53,634 bases of DNA, taken from a virus (Duplodnaviria; Caudoviricetes). The stretch spans positions 1 to 53,634 of IMG/VR virus record IMGVR_UViG_3300026187_000020, one strand, 5' to 3'. Each line of letters opens with the position of its first letter. Within the stretch, counting starts at the first letter, position 1. Positions 17,554 through 26,626 of this stretch are shown here, piece by piece. The notes below the pieces were generated by a model. It saw nothing but the letters and a program-made list of their open reading frames with translations, had not been told where the DNA came from and made no database searches. A program made the position numbers and the translations under genes.

Positions 17554-17843
17554 GAGGAATTCCCTAAACCAGAATAAGACATAATACTTTCTGAAAGGGT
17601 GTTTAGCTCCCCCAACGGAAAGTTTTCAAAGTCATCATCAGTAAGCTCATCAGCACCAACAACGGCAAGCCTAATAACTTCTTTTAACAAATCAATCTGA
17701 GCTGACTCAGACTTAGATTTTTGGCTGCTCTTGACTAAATCTTGAACCTTAAGAACTTGAGCTACTGACAGCTTTTTAACTTCAACTTTATCACCCATAA
17801 AATCAAATTTCTTAGTGATATTTTTACCAACCAAATGTTTCAT
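17544..17843 (-). CDS. tail assembly chaperone (gpG-like)
   Basis: Lies between the major tail and tape measure genes; ends G GGA AAC TAA. Confidence 0.85.
   Translation of the reverse strand: MKHLVGKNITKKFDFMGDKVEVKKLSVAQVLKVQDLVKSSQKSKSESAQIDLLKEVIRLAVVGADELTDDDFENFPLGELNTLSESIMSYSGLGNSSGN
17547..17553 (-). other. programmed -1 frameshift slippery site GGGAAAC
   Basis: X XXY YYZ heptamer in the correct phase, just before the stop codon. Confidence 0.85.
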
Positions 17844-17849
17844 AATACT

Positions 17850-18086
17850 TTATCCAATTCTGTCTTTTTCTATAAATAATTCTGGATTGTGAGCTTGAAA
17901 GTCATCAAGCATTTTGCGCACAGTGTGAAGCACTGAAAGCGTTTCAAGGCATTCCTTGCCTTCTTTTGAGCCTTCGTCAAAATCTTGAAAACGGTCAAAA
18001 CTTTTACGAATACTAATATCAACACTCCGTCGCATATGACGGAACGTAGTTCTCATAACAAATGTTTTACTAAATGGTTTATCCAT
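17850..18086 (-). CDS. hypothetical protein in tail module
   Basis: 78-aa ORF between the major tail and chaperone genes. Confidence 0.75.
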   Translation of the reverse strand: MDKPFSKTFVMRTTFRHMRRSVDISIRKSFDRFQDFDEGSKEGKECLETLSVLHTVRKMLDDFQAHNPELFIEKDRIG

Positions 18087-18142
18087 AATACTCTCTTAAA
18101 CTGGGGAAGAGAGGGCCGGGAGGCCCCCTCCTAATTATACTA

Positions 18143-18682
18143 TTAAGCTGCAGCAACAGTAGCCGGACCAAAGAAATCGGTCTGCGATGACAGAGTCACA
18201 GTTGCAGTTGTTGCGTCAGTAAGAGACGGATTCACCAGAATCGCTTCAATTTTACCAATGAAGTAGAATTCAGTGTTCTCAACTGCAATGGTCGAGTCTG
18301 AACCTTCGGCAGCAGTTACAGGTGCCGAGGCCATCATGAAGCGGAAAACTGCACGAGTGCCGACAAGGTCGTGAATAGCCGACATGTCTTCTGCGACATA
18401 GTTAACGGTGATTTCCAGAGTCGGCGAGTCCGCCTGCCCCTGGACCTGCGATGAAGTTGCTTGACCGAAAACAGGAACGTTTACGATGTTTGCCGGAGTA
18501 CCAATCGACGGGAATTCACGAACCGAAGGCATACGCACGTGGTCTGCGTCCGGAGTGCCTGGAACAGTACCAACAAACAGAGCTGCGCACTCGGCAGCAG
18601 TGTCGGTGTCAGCAGGGATAGTTCCAGTGAACATGTCGAGGTAGGTGTAGATGCCTGCTCCCAGAGTTGAAATATGAGCCAT
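18143..18682 (-). CDS. major tail (tube) protein
   Basis: Position; VREFPSIGTPANIVNVPVFG...QGQADSPTLEITVNY pattern; high-expression codon bias; followed by a hairpin at ~18110-18131. Confidence 0.85.
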   Translation of the reverse strand: MAHISTLGAGIYTYLDMFTGTIPADTDTAAECAALFVGTVPGTPDADHVRMPSVREFPSIGTPANIVNVPVFGQATSSQVQGQADSPTLEITVNYVAEDMSAIHDLVGTRAVFRFMMASAPVTAAEGSDSTIAVENTEFYFIGKIEAILVNPSLTDATTATVTLSSQTDFFGPATVAAA

Positions 18683-18684
18683 TT

Positions 18685-19086
18685 TTATTCTCCAAATATT
18701 TTAAATGGTATGATGTATCGTGCGCTATAAAGCGCTGAATTAGATGGGTCTAGCCCTTCCACGTTTAAATAAGATGTACCAAGCTCTGTACCATTAGTAA
18801 GTTTTTTGCTTTGAAGCACAGTGTCAAGAATATCTGAGATTGCCATTAATCTAGATTGTCCTTCACCAGCTTTAACAAAAATCTTTACTGCTACAAGACC
18901 TTCAATTGTCTTATCTCCGCCATGAGCATTGTAGTTGCTATTAGATGGCAATACCATCACAATGCAATACTCTGTCTCATTGCTTTTGTCACCTTGATAG
19001 TTATCAGGATAAGCCTTAATATTATTACTTGTCCAAGAAGAAGATGCAAATACAGAATTAACATCATCTAATACATTATTATACAT
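18685..19086 (-). CDS. tail terminator-like protein
   Basis: Size and position directly upstream of the major tail gene. Confidence 0.65.
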   Translation of the reverse strand: MYNNVLDDVNSVFASSSWTSNNIKAYPDNYQGDKSNETEYCIVMVLPSNSNYNAHGGDKTIEGLVAVKIFVKAGEGQSRLMAISDILDTVLQSKKLTNGTELGTSYLNVEGLDPSNSALYSARYIIPFKIFGE

Positions 19087-19087
19087 A

Positions 19088-19423
19088 TTAGACCTCCTTC
19101 TTTAAAATAGCGTCAATGGTAAATCCATTATCACTATGATCAACAATACTATAGGTTTTTCCATCAATCTCCAAAGAGTCATATACTGATAAGTCAACAC
19201 CAGATTTCATGATAGCAGTTACTGTAAATCCTTCACCAGAAGATCTTTTAGTTGTTTGCAAAATAACATCTACAGTAGAAGTAGAGTTAGAGCTTACAAC
19301 TGATCCAGTAGCAAAGTCAAAATCAGAAACTGTCTTGCTAACAAGAGTTCCGGTTTTAACAAGGTCTCCAGCAGCAGTAAATGCCTTATTAACAGCAGCA
19401 GTTACTTTTGCTGAGAGTGACAT
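19088..19423 (-). CDS. head closure / head-tail joining protein
   Basis: Size, beta-rich composition and synteny. Confidence 0.65.
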   Translation of the reverse strand: MSLSAKVTAAVNKAFTAAGDLVKTGTLVSKTVSDFDFATGSVVSSNSTSTVDVILQTTKRSSGEGFTVTAIMKSGVDLSVYDSLEIDGKTYSIVDHSDNGFTIDAILKKEV

Positions 19424-19929
19424 TAGTTCGCCCTCCACCAGCTTGAGCCCATACCGAACGACCCTCTTCGAATAAGCGGTCTTAATGGTTTAATAACAAA
19501 GTTAGGAGTAATAGACGTTCTAGTGACGTCATTGTTACTATCACTTACACTAATGTTACCAATAGAAATACTTTCGTAAGTCTGAGTAGTTTGTGCAAGT
19601 AAATCTTCATTATTTACAAGGTGAAGTGCTTGTTCATAAACAGCTACTTTTACTTTATCAGGAATAGTGGACTCAGAGATAGTAATCTCCATGCCCATTC
19701 TATCATCCCAGTAAACAGCATATTTACGAGGCCACGCTAGAGCTTGGGAAGAGCTAACAGCAGTGCCAATCCAATGATTATTATCAATGATTTGTGTCGC
19801 TGTGACTAATGCTTGTTCTTTAATCTCATCATAAGTCTGCGTCCAGTTGGCAGAGTCAATGCGAGTCTCAAAGTACGTATCAGCATTAGCCACGGTTACA
19901 TAACTATTAGTATTGAGTACTAATGCCAT
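19423..19929 (-). CDS. head-tail adaptor (DnaT-like family)
   Basis: NSYVTVANADTYF...KEQALVTAT...QALAWPR...IPDKVKVAVYEQA. Confidence 0.85.
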   Translation of the reverse strand: MALVLNTNSYVTVANADTYFETRIDSANWTQTYDEIKEQALVTATQIIDNNHWIGTAVSSSQALAWPRKYAVYWDDRMGMEITISESTIPDKVKVAVYEQALHLVNNEDLLAQTTQTYESISIGNISVSDSNNDVTRTSITPNFVIKPLRPLIRRGSFGMGSSWWRAN

Positions 19930-19945
19930 TAGCTCCTCCTATTAA

Positions 19946-21061
19946 TTACGAGTGGAAGATCGGGAGGATGCCCAGATTCAGGCTGTCCATCTTGCGGCCC
20001 CACGAAGCAGCAGCTGCGTAGTTTGCGTTGGTGGCGAATGCAGTGGTTGCACCAGCCCAATCATACCCCATCGGATGCATGACATAACCCCAACGATACC
20101 AAACGTTAGTCGAACCACCACCAGTGTACGAAGCAGCGTTACGGTCAACTTCAACAGGAGTCGGCAGACCAATGTTAGCAGCAGCAACCGAACCCGGCTT
20201 GATAACGAAGGTACACTTGTCCGACTGACCGTTCAGATCACCTGCAGCAGCAGAGATCATCTGGTTTGCACGAGTCAGGATTAGGCGGAACTTACCCGCA
20301 AAGATGGTGTTGAAAGTCAGGTTGCCATCGGTGACAGGGGTGTCGTCAACCAAGTTAGCAGCACGCATTTCAGCCATTTGCTCAGGCGAAGTAACCAGAT
20401 ACATGAAGTCAGGCTCATGGTCTTTGAAAGCAGCGCCGATCGAACGGAACAGACGCTCACCACGAGCAGCACCAATAGCAGTCGAGTCAAACAGCTTACG
20501 CTCGTCCGAAGCACCAGTTGCAGCCGCACCATGCAGGCCAGCAGCGTTAACGTCAACAAAGAAGCCAGTTGCAGAAGCATCGGCGTCGGTGTCAAAATCA
20601 ATGATACCACCGTTACCAGTACCACCTGCGTCACCCAAAGTAGTTTCGTACAGCGAAACACCCTTCAGAACCGACAGCAGAGCGTCATGCTCGTCTTGAG
20701 CACGAACTTCAGCAAAGTCACGAGCAATCTTGGCCAGACCATCTTGCTTCGACACGACTTCCTGCATGTTCACCTGCTCGGCACCGAAGGTGCGCAGGGT
20801 CTTCACGTAGTCAGCTACATCGGTTGCGATGGTGGTGTACGTACCGTCAGTTGCAGACGACAGCGATGCAACATTGACGTTTGCCGACAGAGGCTTGTAC
20901 CAACGGAACTGACCGATAAACGATTCGCCAGTCGGGTTGATGTTCTGGTCAGCTGCAACGATACCAGTGCTGTTCAGTTTCTTAGCATTGGTGTAAGCTT
21001 CATCCGAATAAGCCGAGATTGCAAGGGCAATATTCTGAAAGTCAGTATTTGTAATAGCCAT
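19946..21061 (-). CDS. major capsid protein
   Basis: 371 aa, follows the scaffold gene, C-terminal YVMHPMGYDW...W motif, strong codon bias. Confidence 0.9.
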   Translation of the reverse strand: MAITNTDFQNIALAISAYSDEAYTNAKKLNSTGIVAADQNINPTGESFIGQFRWYKPLSANVNVASLSSATDGTYTTIATDVADYVKTLRTFGAEQVNMQEVVSKQDGLAKIARDFAEVRAQDEHDALLSVLKGVSLYETTLGDAGGTGNGGIIDFDTDADASATGFFVDVNAAGLHGAAATGASDERKLFDSTAIGAARGERLFRSIGAAFKDHEPDFMYLVTSPEQMAEMRAANLVDDTPVTDGNLTFNTIFAGKFRLILTRANQMISAAAGDLNGQSDKCTFVIKPGSVAAANIGLPTPVEVDRNAASYTGGGSTNVWYRWGYVMHPMGYDWAGATTAFATNANYAAAASWGRKMDSLNLGILPIFHS

Positions 21062-21081
21062 TTCTATTTTCCTTTAATATT

Positions 21082-21759
21082 CTAAATATTATAATTTCCT
21101 AATTGGCCTTTAGCAGCCGCATTTAGAATTTCTTGTGTTGTCATTTGAGAGATTGACTTCTGGCCGTCAGTATTAGCAGTGCCCGCAGGCTTGTCTGCAC
21201 CAGAGCCAGAATTAGTCTTCACTCTAAACAAAAATGAATTATCTTCACTCGTTGAGTAAGCTTTAATAAAATCTTGAATGGTTGTGCCTGACTGGTGAAC
21301 CCATGAACCTTGTTCATCTTGAACTAGTTGCTCAACGATATCACGGTAAGCCATTTGGCGAGAACGATCATTTCTAAAGTCTAAAGCACCAAGAGCAGAA
21401 TTAACTACATTGTCCCGGTTAAGCTTAGTATTTTCTTCTTCAAACACTTTGAGCTTTGCCTGAGCTTCTGCAAGTTTCATCTCAAGGGCTTCTTGAAGTT
21501 TACCTTCTTCTTCAAGTCGCTTAATCTGTTCTTGTTTTTGTTTTTGTTCGATTTCAGCTGCTTTCTTAAGAGCCTCATCACGTTCTTTTACCATACGATC
21601 CATGTTAGACTTCATTTGAGCAAGTCTTTCTTGAACCGCTTTTTCAACCGGATCATCTACTTCTTCTGAAGAAGTTTGTTGTGTTTCTTCTTCTTCTTGA
21701 ACAGATTCTTCGGTTTCAGTTTCATTTACTTCATTTTCGATTTTATTTTCTTCACTCAT
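21082..21759 (-). CDS. capsid scaffolding protein
   Basis: Acidic N-terminus, coiled coil, directly upstream of the major capsid gene. Confidence 0.85.
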   Translation of the reverse strand: MSEENKIENEVNETETEESVQEEEETQQTSSEEVDDPVEKAVQERLAQMKSNMDRMVKERDEALKKAAEIEQKQKQEQIKRLEEEGKLQEALEMKLAEAQAKLKVFEEENTKLNRDNVVNSALGALDFRNDRSRQMAYRDIVEQLVQDEQGSWVHQSGTTIQDFIKAYSTSEDNSFLFRVKTNSGSGADKPAGTANTDGQKSISQMTTQEILNAAAKGQLGNYNI

Positions 21760-21845
21760 AATTATATCCTTTCAAGCACAGCTTGAGTTATTTTTTTATG
21801 TGTCACAGACACGTTAAATAAAGTCGCATAGGCTATTACAAATAA

Positions 21846-24800
21846 CTATGGACCAATGCCATACCAATCCTCCCCAGTTTTAAAGGGAGATAGTATGTCT
21901 TCTCTTGTAATTTTATTATTAGGATCAATAAGACCTAAATCAGTTGCCTCTTTTAGAAGCTCATTATAAGATGATCTAGAGAGACCTTGACGTCTCATCT
22001 CTCTTAGAGTCTTCCTTATAGTGTCACCACCAAGAGCATCTGCATAGATGGTTCTTAGTGCGTCTTTAGATCGCCTTGCATCACCAATATTAGTGAAAAA
22101 AGCGTCATGGATTGTGGCAGTAGGTACGTTATTTTTCCGCCCCCACAAATGAAATCTACGGACTAATACAGCATCATTGCTGTGATTTCCGTTAACTCCA
22201 AGACCAATTCTTGCATCATTTAGAGAGCCTTTCCCAAGTAGCTTTCCGTCTTCTGCTGCATCTTCGTAAATGTTAGCAATTCTACGCCCACTTGCAGGGT
22301 CTCTAAATTCTATTCTTTCTTGAATCTTAGGCCGATACCTCTGAGTCATAATTTTTCCGTCAAAAGTAACCCAAGGAATATCTACTTTTTGAGTTTCATT
22401 GACATAAGTTACTGCCGCCTTTTTCCAGAAATTAATAAAATTATCTGTAACAGGCGCTCTAGCTGACATGTTTTTACTCATAATCCTAGAGATTTCTGAA
22501 AAATCTTTAGGACCAATAATACCTTTACGAGAACTGCTCATTTTAAATACAAAATCAGCAACATCAGGGTGAATGTCTTGGGCGTCTTTAAGCAAGGTTC
22601 TTCCAGCAGGTTGACTCTTGTTTACAAGTTCAACAAGTTCTTTTCTAAATGAAACTAACTCTGCTTCAGTTGCTGTAGCTCCAAGACGATTAGCCACTTT
22701 AATTTTACCATCAATTATTCTAAGCTGAGAATTTAATTCTTCTTTAGTAATTGTGATAAAACCCTTTTCTTCAAGAACTTTAGCAAACTTATTAGCCACA
22801 TTAGCAGTTTTAGTTGCAGCTCCCGCCCCATAAAATGAAACCATGTTTTGAGCCTTAGCGGCTTTAGCCAAATCCTCCCAAGTTAACCCAGCGTCTCTTA
22901 ATGCAGGGTTTTTTAAGAACTCTGGATCATTCACTGTATCCATTGCAACAAGGTCATACAGTCTGTTCTTTTGTTTAGTAGCAAGAACATTAGACGCTTG
23001 TGCGATAGACCTATCACCAGTAGACAATGCGATGATTTGTGCCCCAGAAGAACTAGCATCATTTTCAATCATTAATCTAGTTCTATAGCTCTCAATAGGC
23101 CGTCCTGATTTTAAATGATCATCAATACGTTTATATTCTAAAGCCATTCTAGTCATTTTTGGAACTTCAGCACCCTCAAGGTTCTTAATTAGAGGGTGTT
23201 CAAGGAATTCTCTAATTCTTCTGTCTCTTTGAGTAGTAGATTGAAGAATTTCCCCAAGTTTAATTAGGTCTTTCTCATGTCTTCTAAAGATTTCTCTTCG
23301 TCCGTACTGAGTTAGAGCTTCTGTTCCTGGGCCAATCATTGCGCCAATCTGAATCTTAAGTTCATCTAAGGCTTCTTCTGACATATAAACTGCTCGACCC
23401 GAATTTAAGAAAGGTCTAACAACTTCACCACCTGTTGGGGTGAGATAACCTCTGTGATAGACACGACCTCTAGAGTCAATAAAAGCATTTGTTCTAAAAG
23501 ACTTTCCTCTTTGAACATGATACTTAACCGTTGACATAAGGCCATAGCCCTGTTCACCTCGGTTTAAAATTTCATGCCTAAATTCATTAATGCTATCATA
23601 GTATTTAGTGTTACCTCTTGGGTCTCTAAACCTAACAACATCATCCATAAAAGTAGCAAATTCAGCATCTACCTGATATTCAACATCCATGACATGATTT
23701 AGCATTTCTGCCATTTCTCTATCAATCTGTTTTTCGTCATAATCAGCGAATTTGTCTCTAGAAATAATAGGTATTCCTGTATCATTACCTCTAGCATCTA
23801 TGTATGTCTTTTTACCAGCTTTTACATATAGACGATCTCTTTCGTTAGTATTACCTAAGCGTCTTGCAATAGTAACTCGGCGTTCAGCTTCTTGTAGCTT
23901 TATTAAGTTTTTATCAACTACAATTACTTCCCGAGAGATAGTATCAGCCCAGCCACCGGAAGCTCTTCCGGTTTCTAGATCAATAACCCCTCGTCGGGTT
24001 TTACCTCTAAACTGTACTTTAATGTAACCATTGTCCACCATGTATTGAAGGATAATAGAACCTTCTTTATGGTAGTCTGCTAAGTTATGTTTTGTAAAAG
24101 GTACTAAATTCTCAAAATCTTTAGAAAACTGCTTACCAATATTAATGGCAAGGGTATCATAATCTGTAGACTGGCCTGATGCAATTAGTTTAGCAATTTT
24201 AGTTATATTATCTAGAGCCTTTTCATCCACTAAAGATGACTTAGGTCTTTTAGAAATAACTGCAAACTCATAGTCTAGAATACTCCGAATAACTTCTCTT
24301 TTTTTAGAATATATTCTTGTAATCCAGCTATCCGTCGGCTCTCTATCAAAGGTAGATTTATAAAGTTTATACGCCTTATCAAAACCAGTGTCTTTTAACA
24401 GCCGCTTAATAAGTTTTTCTCTTGTAGGATACTTATCAATTAACTTTCTAAAATAAACTCTCAAAGGCGCTCTGCCTGTAAAGTATAATTTTTGAGCTAA
24501 TTTTTTACCTTCTGTTCGACGCCAAGCATCAATAAATCTTTGATCTTTGAGCAAATTATCTTGAAGCTCTTGGAAGTTATAATACTTACCCAAAATCTGA
24601 ACTTGAGGAGTATCTTTGGATAAGTAACTAACAAACATCTCAGATCTTTTTCTTGATCTTACGTCAAGAAGTCGTGATACGTTTTGAACAGCAAATCTAT
24701 TTTCTGCTCTAACAACAGAAGAAAAGTCCTCCCATAGCCGCTTGTCATTATAGAATCTTTCGAATACTACTCTGAGATTTTCAACTATTACTGTTTGTTG

Positions 24801-26600
24801 GTTGACTGAAACCTTATCATCTAAACTGGCTACTAAACTCTCAATAAACTCTTTGTCATCAGGACGAAGTGTTTTTGAATTTCTCATAAAATCTAGTCGT
24901 TCCTGATACAGGTTAAAATCAGGATCATATAGATTATTATTTTTAATTTCGCCAGTTAATGGATCTGCGCTGAAATTTCTTTCATCAAACTCATTACCAA
25001 CTCTACGTCTAGACGCTGTTTTCCCAACTAAGGAAGTGCCTTTATAATCAGTCAAAGATAGCGTTTTAGTGTAATCATCAGAGTCTAAAAGGAACATATT
25101 CCTTAACGCTTCTTTGTTCTTTGGGCTTCTTGTCAGATCAGAGGGTCTGCTTACAGATAATCTAACTTCTTCATCTCTTATTCTTTGTCTAGGTTTAAAG
25201 ATAGAAGTAATTTCGGCAGCTCTTCGTCTTAGAGTTTGTATTCCAATTGCAGTACCTGTTGGTGTAACAAATTCTCTAGCGTCAATTGCACCGCCTCTAA
25301 AAAGCTTTGCTCTCTCTTCATTTCCAAGAAGCTTTACTTGTACAGCAAATGATTGGCGCTTTAGCCATTCATTAAAACTTTGTATAATTGAAGGAACCCC
25401 GTTAAACATCTTAGTATCGACTAATGCAAGCTTATCCTTCTTAATTCTAGTTCTTGCAGGAAAAAACTTACCTGTAAAGTCTGTTTTACCAATAGACTTA
25501 TCCTTAAAGATAATAGAGTCAGGATCAAAGGCATGATCATTTCCCATAAGAAAAGCATTTCTTACAGTTTTATCTGCCGACTGAATCTGTCTATACATAA
25601 ACGCTTCCCGGTCTCTTTGAAACTGTTCAGTAGCGCCTCCGTATTTCTTAATAAGAGCTTGCTTTTCAGCATAGCTTAAATCACCCTTTTTAAGAATAAA
25701 TCCATTTTTCTTTGCCCAAGCAATTGTTTCTGCGTCTTCGTAAAATTCATGATAAACATATTTAGGCTTATAGGCTTCTATTCTTTTCTCTACAGCTAGA
25801 ACATTTGATTTTGTATGCTTTTCCCCAAATACAGCAATATTATTTGTAGCTACTTGCTCCATCTCTTCTTTGCTTTTGAGAACAGGAACAATACTGCTTC
25901 GACAATTCCAATGTAATGGAGGAATAAAGCGCCTATCATCAATATCATAAACTTTACCATTATGATATGAACAAATGGGACTTGTTCTAGCATCTAGAAT
26001 GGCTGTAAACATAAAACCTTTTACAATATCTCTATTGTCTTCAGCAACTTTTTTCAATGCTGCTGTCTGAGTAGAGGTGATAGCGGTTCTAGTCAAAGCT
26101 CTCGCCTGATACTCTGTAATCTTAGTAGTTTTTAAGACGTCTGCAATTATTTCTTTTTGACTCTTCCCTCTTGCAAGCCCGAGCCGAACTTTACTTTGTA
26201 TTCTAACAAGTTCTCCTGCGGAAACATTTCTGATATTAGTAGTAAGATCAGAAGGGCCTTTAATGTTTGGCCCTGTAATTTGCGCCAGAAGTTCTCTTGT
26301 TTTAGGTTTTTTTACTTCAAAAAAACGTGAAACTTCTCTGTGCAAGTTATCACTATGAAAGTCTAGTTGAGAAGTAGAAAATTCTAAAAGAGTATTTCTT
26401 TTATGAGATAGAAGTTCTGTTCCAAAGCGGCTAACTTCTGGGGTTAAATCCGCTCGGATATCTCTCTGCAGTAGGGATTTGATATTTGCTCTATGTCGCC
26501 GAATAATTCGTCTATTTTGAACTTGGACGCTTTCTTCATAGAGCCTAACATCAGTCATATGATCAACAATACGATCAAAAAGTTTATCATTTACAGTCAT
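21846..26600 (-). CDS. MuF/SPP1-gp7 head protein fused to a single-subunit RNA polymerase (putative virion RNAP, RNAP-1)
   Basis: N-terminal MuF (LTRTA, AILDARTSPIC, PPLHWNCRS). C-terminal RNAP motifs: IDSRGRVY, ENDASSSGAQ, KAQNMVSFYG, NGNHSNDA, TIHDAF. One uninterrupted ORF between portal and scaffold. Confidence 0.93.
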   Translation of the reverse strand: MTVNDKLFDRIVDHMTDVRLYEESVQVQNRRIIRRHRANIKSLLQRDIRADLTPEVSRFGTELLSHKRNTLLEFSTSQLDFHSDNLHREVSRFFEVKKPKTRELLAQITGPNIKGPSDLTTNIRNVSAGELVRIQSKVRLGLARGKSQKEIIADVLKTTKITEYQARALTRTAITSTQTAALKKVAEDNRDIVKGFMFTAILDARTSPICSYHNGKVYDIDDRRFIPPLHWNCRSSIVPVLKSKEEMEQVATNNIAVFGEKHTKSNVLAVEKRIEAYKPKYVYHEFYEDAETIAWAKKNGFILKKGDLSYAEKQALIKKYGGATEQFQRDREAFMYRQIQSADKTVRNAFLMGNDHAFDPDSIIFKDKSIGKTDFTGKFFPARTRIKKDKLALVDTKMFNGVPSIIQSFNEWLKRQSFAVQVKLLGNEERAKLFRGGAIDAREFVTPTGTAIGIQTLRRRAAEITSIFKPRQRIRDEEVRLSVSRPSDLTRSPKNKEALRNMFLLDSDDYTKTLSLTDYKGTSLVGKTASRRRVGNEFDERNFSADPLTGEIKNNNLYDPDFNLYQERLDFMRNSKTLRPDDKEFIESLVASLDDKVSVNQQTVIVENLRVVFERFYNDKRLWEDFSSVVRAENRFAVQNVSRLLDVRSRKRSEMFVSYLSKDTPQVQILGKYYNFQELQDNLLKDQRFIDAWRRTEGKKLAQKLYFTGRAPLRVYFRKLIDKYPTREKLIKRLLKDTGFDKAYKLYKSTFDREPTDSWITRIYSKKREVIRSILDYEFAVISKRPKSSLVDEKALDNITKIAKLIASGQSTDYDTLAINIGKQFSKDFENLVPFTKHNLADYHKEGSIILQYMVDNGYIKVQFRGKTRRGVIDLETGRASGGWADTISREVIVVDKNLIKLQEAERRVTIARRLGNTNERDRLYVKAGKKTYIDARGNDTGIPIISRDKFADYDEKQIDREMAEMLNHVMDVEYQVDAEFATFMDDVVRFRDPRGNTKYYDSINEFRHEILNRGEQGYGLMSTVKYHVQRGKSFRTNAFIDSRGRVYHRGYLTPTGGEVVRPFLNSGRAVYMSEEALDELKIQIGAMIGPGTEALTQYGRREIFRRHEKDLIKLGEILQSTTQRDRRIREFLEHPLIKNLEGAEVPKMTRMALEYKRIDDHLKSGRPIESYRTRLMIENDASSSGAQIIALSTGDRSIAQASNVLATKQKNRLYDLVAMDTVNDPEFLKNPALRDAGLTWEDLAKAAKAQNMVSFYGAGAATKTANVANKFAKVLEEKGFITITKEELNSQLRIIDGKIKVANRLGATATEAELVSFRKELVELVNKSQPAGRTLLKDAQDIHPDVADFVFKMSSSRKGIIGPKDFSEISRIMSKNMSARAPVTDNFINFWKKAAVTYVNETQKVDIPWVTFDGKIMTQRYRPKIQERIEFRDPASGRRIANIYEDAAEDGKLLGKGSLNDARIGLGVNGNHSNDAVLVRRFHLWGRKNNVPTATIHDAFFTNIGDARRSKDALRTIYADALGGDTIRKTLREMRRQGLSRSSYNELLKEATDLGLIDPNNKITREDILSPFKTGEDWYGIGP

Positions 26601-26626
26601 CTAGTACTCTCCTGAGTAGTTAAATG

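Noticed and set aside
19952-21085. Long plus-strand ORFs (up to 235 aa) opposite the capsid gene
   Set aside because: Antisense shadows of a codon-biased gene; no RBS or recognisable motifs.
25500-25845. Insert in MuF-RNAP considered as an intein
   Set aside because: No C/S start with an HN-C/S/T end, and no LAGLIDADG motifs.
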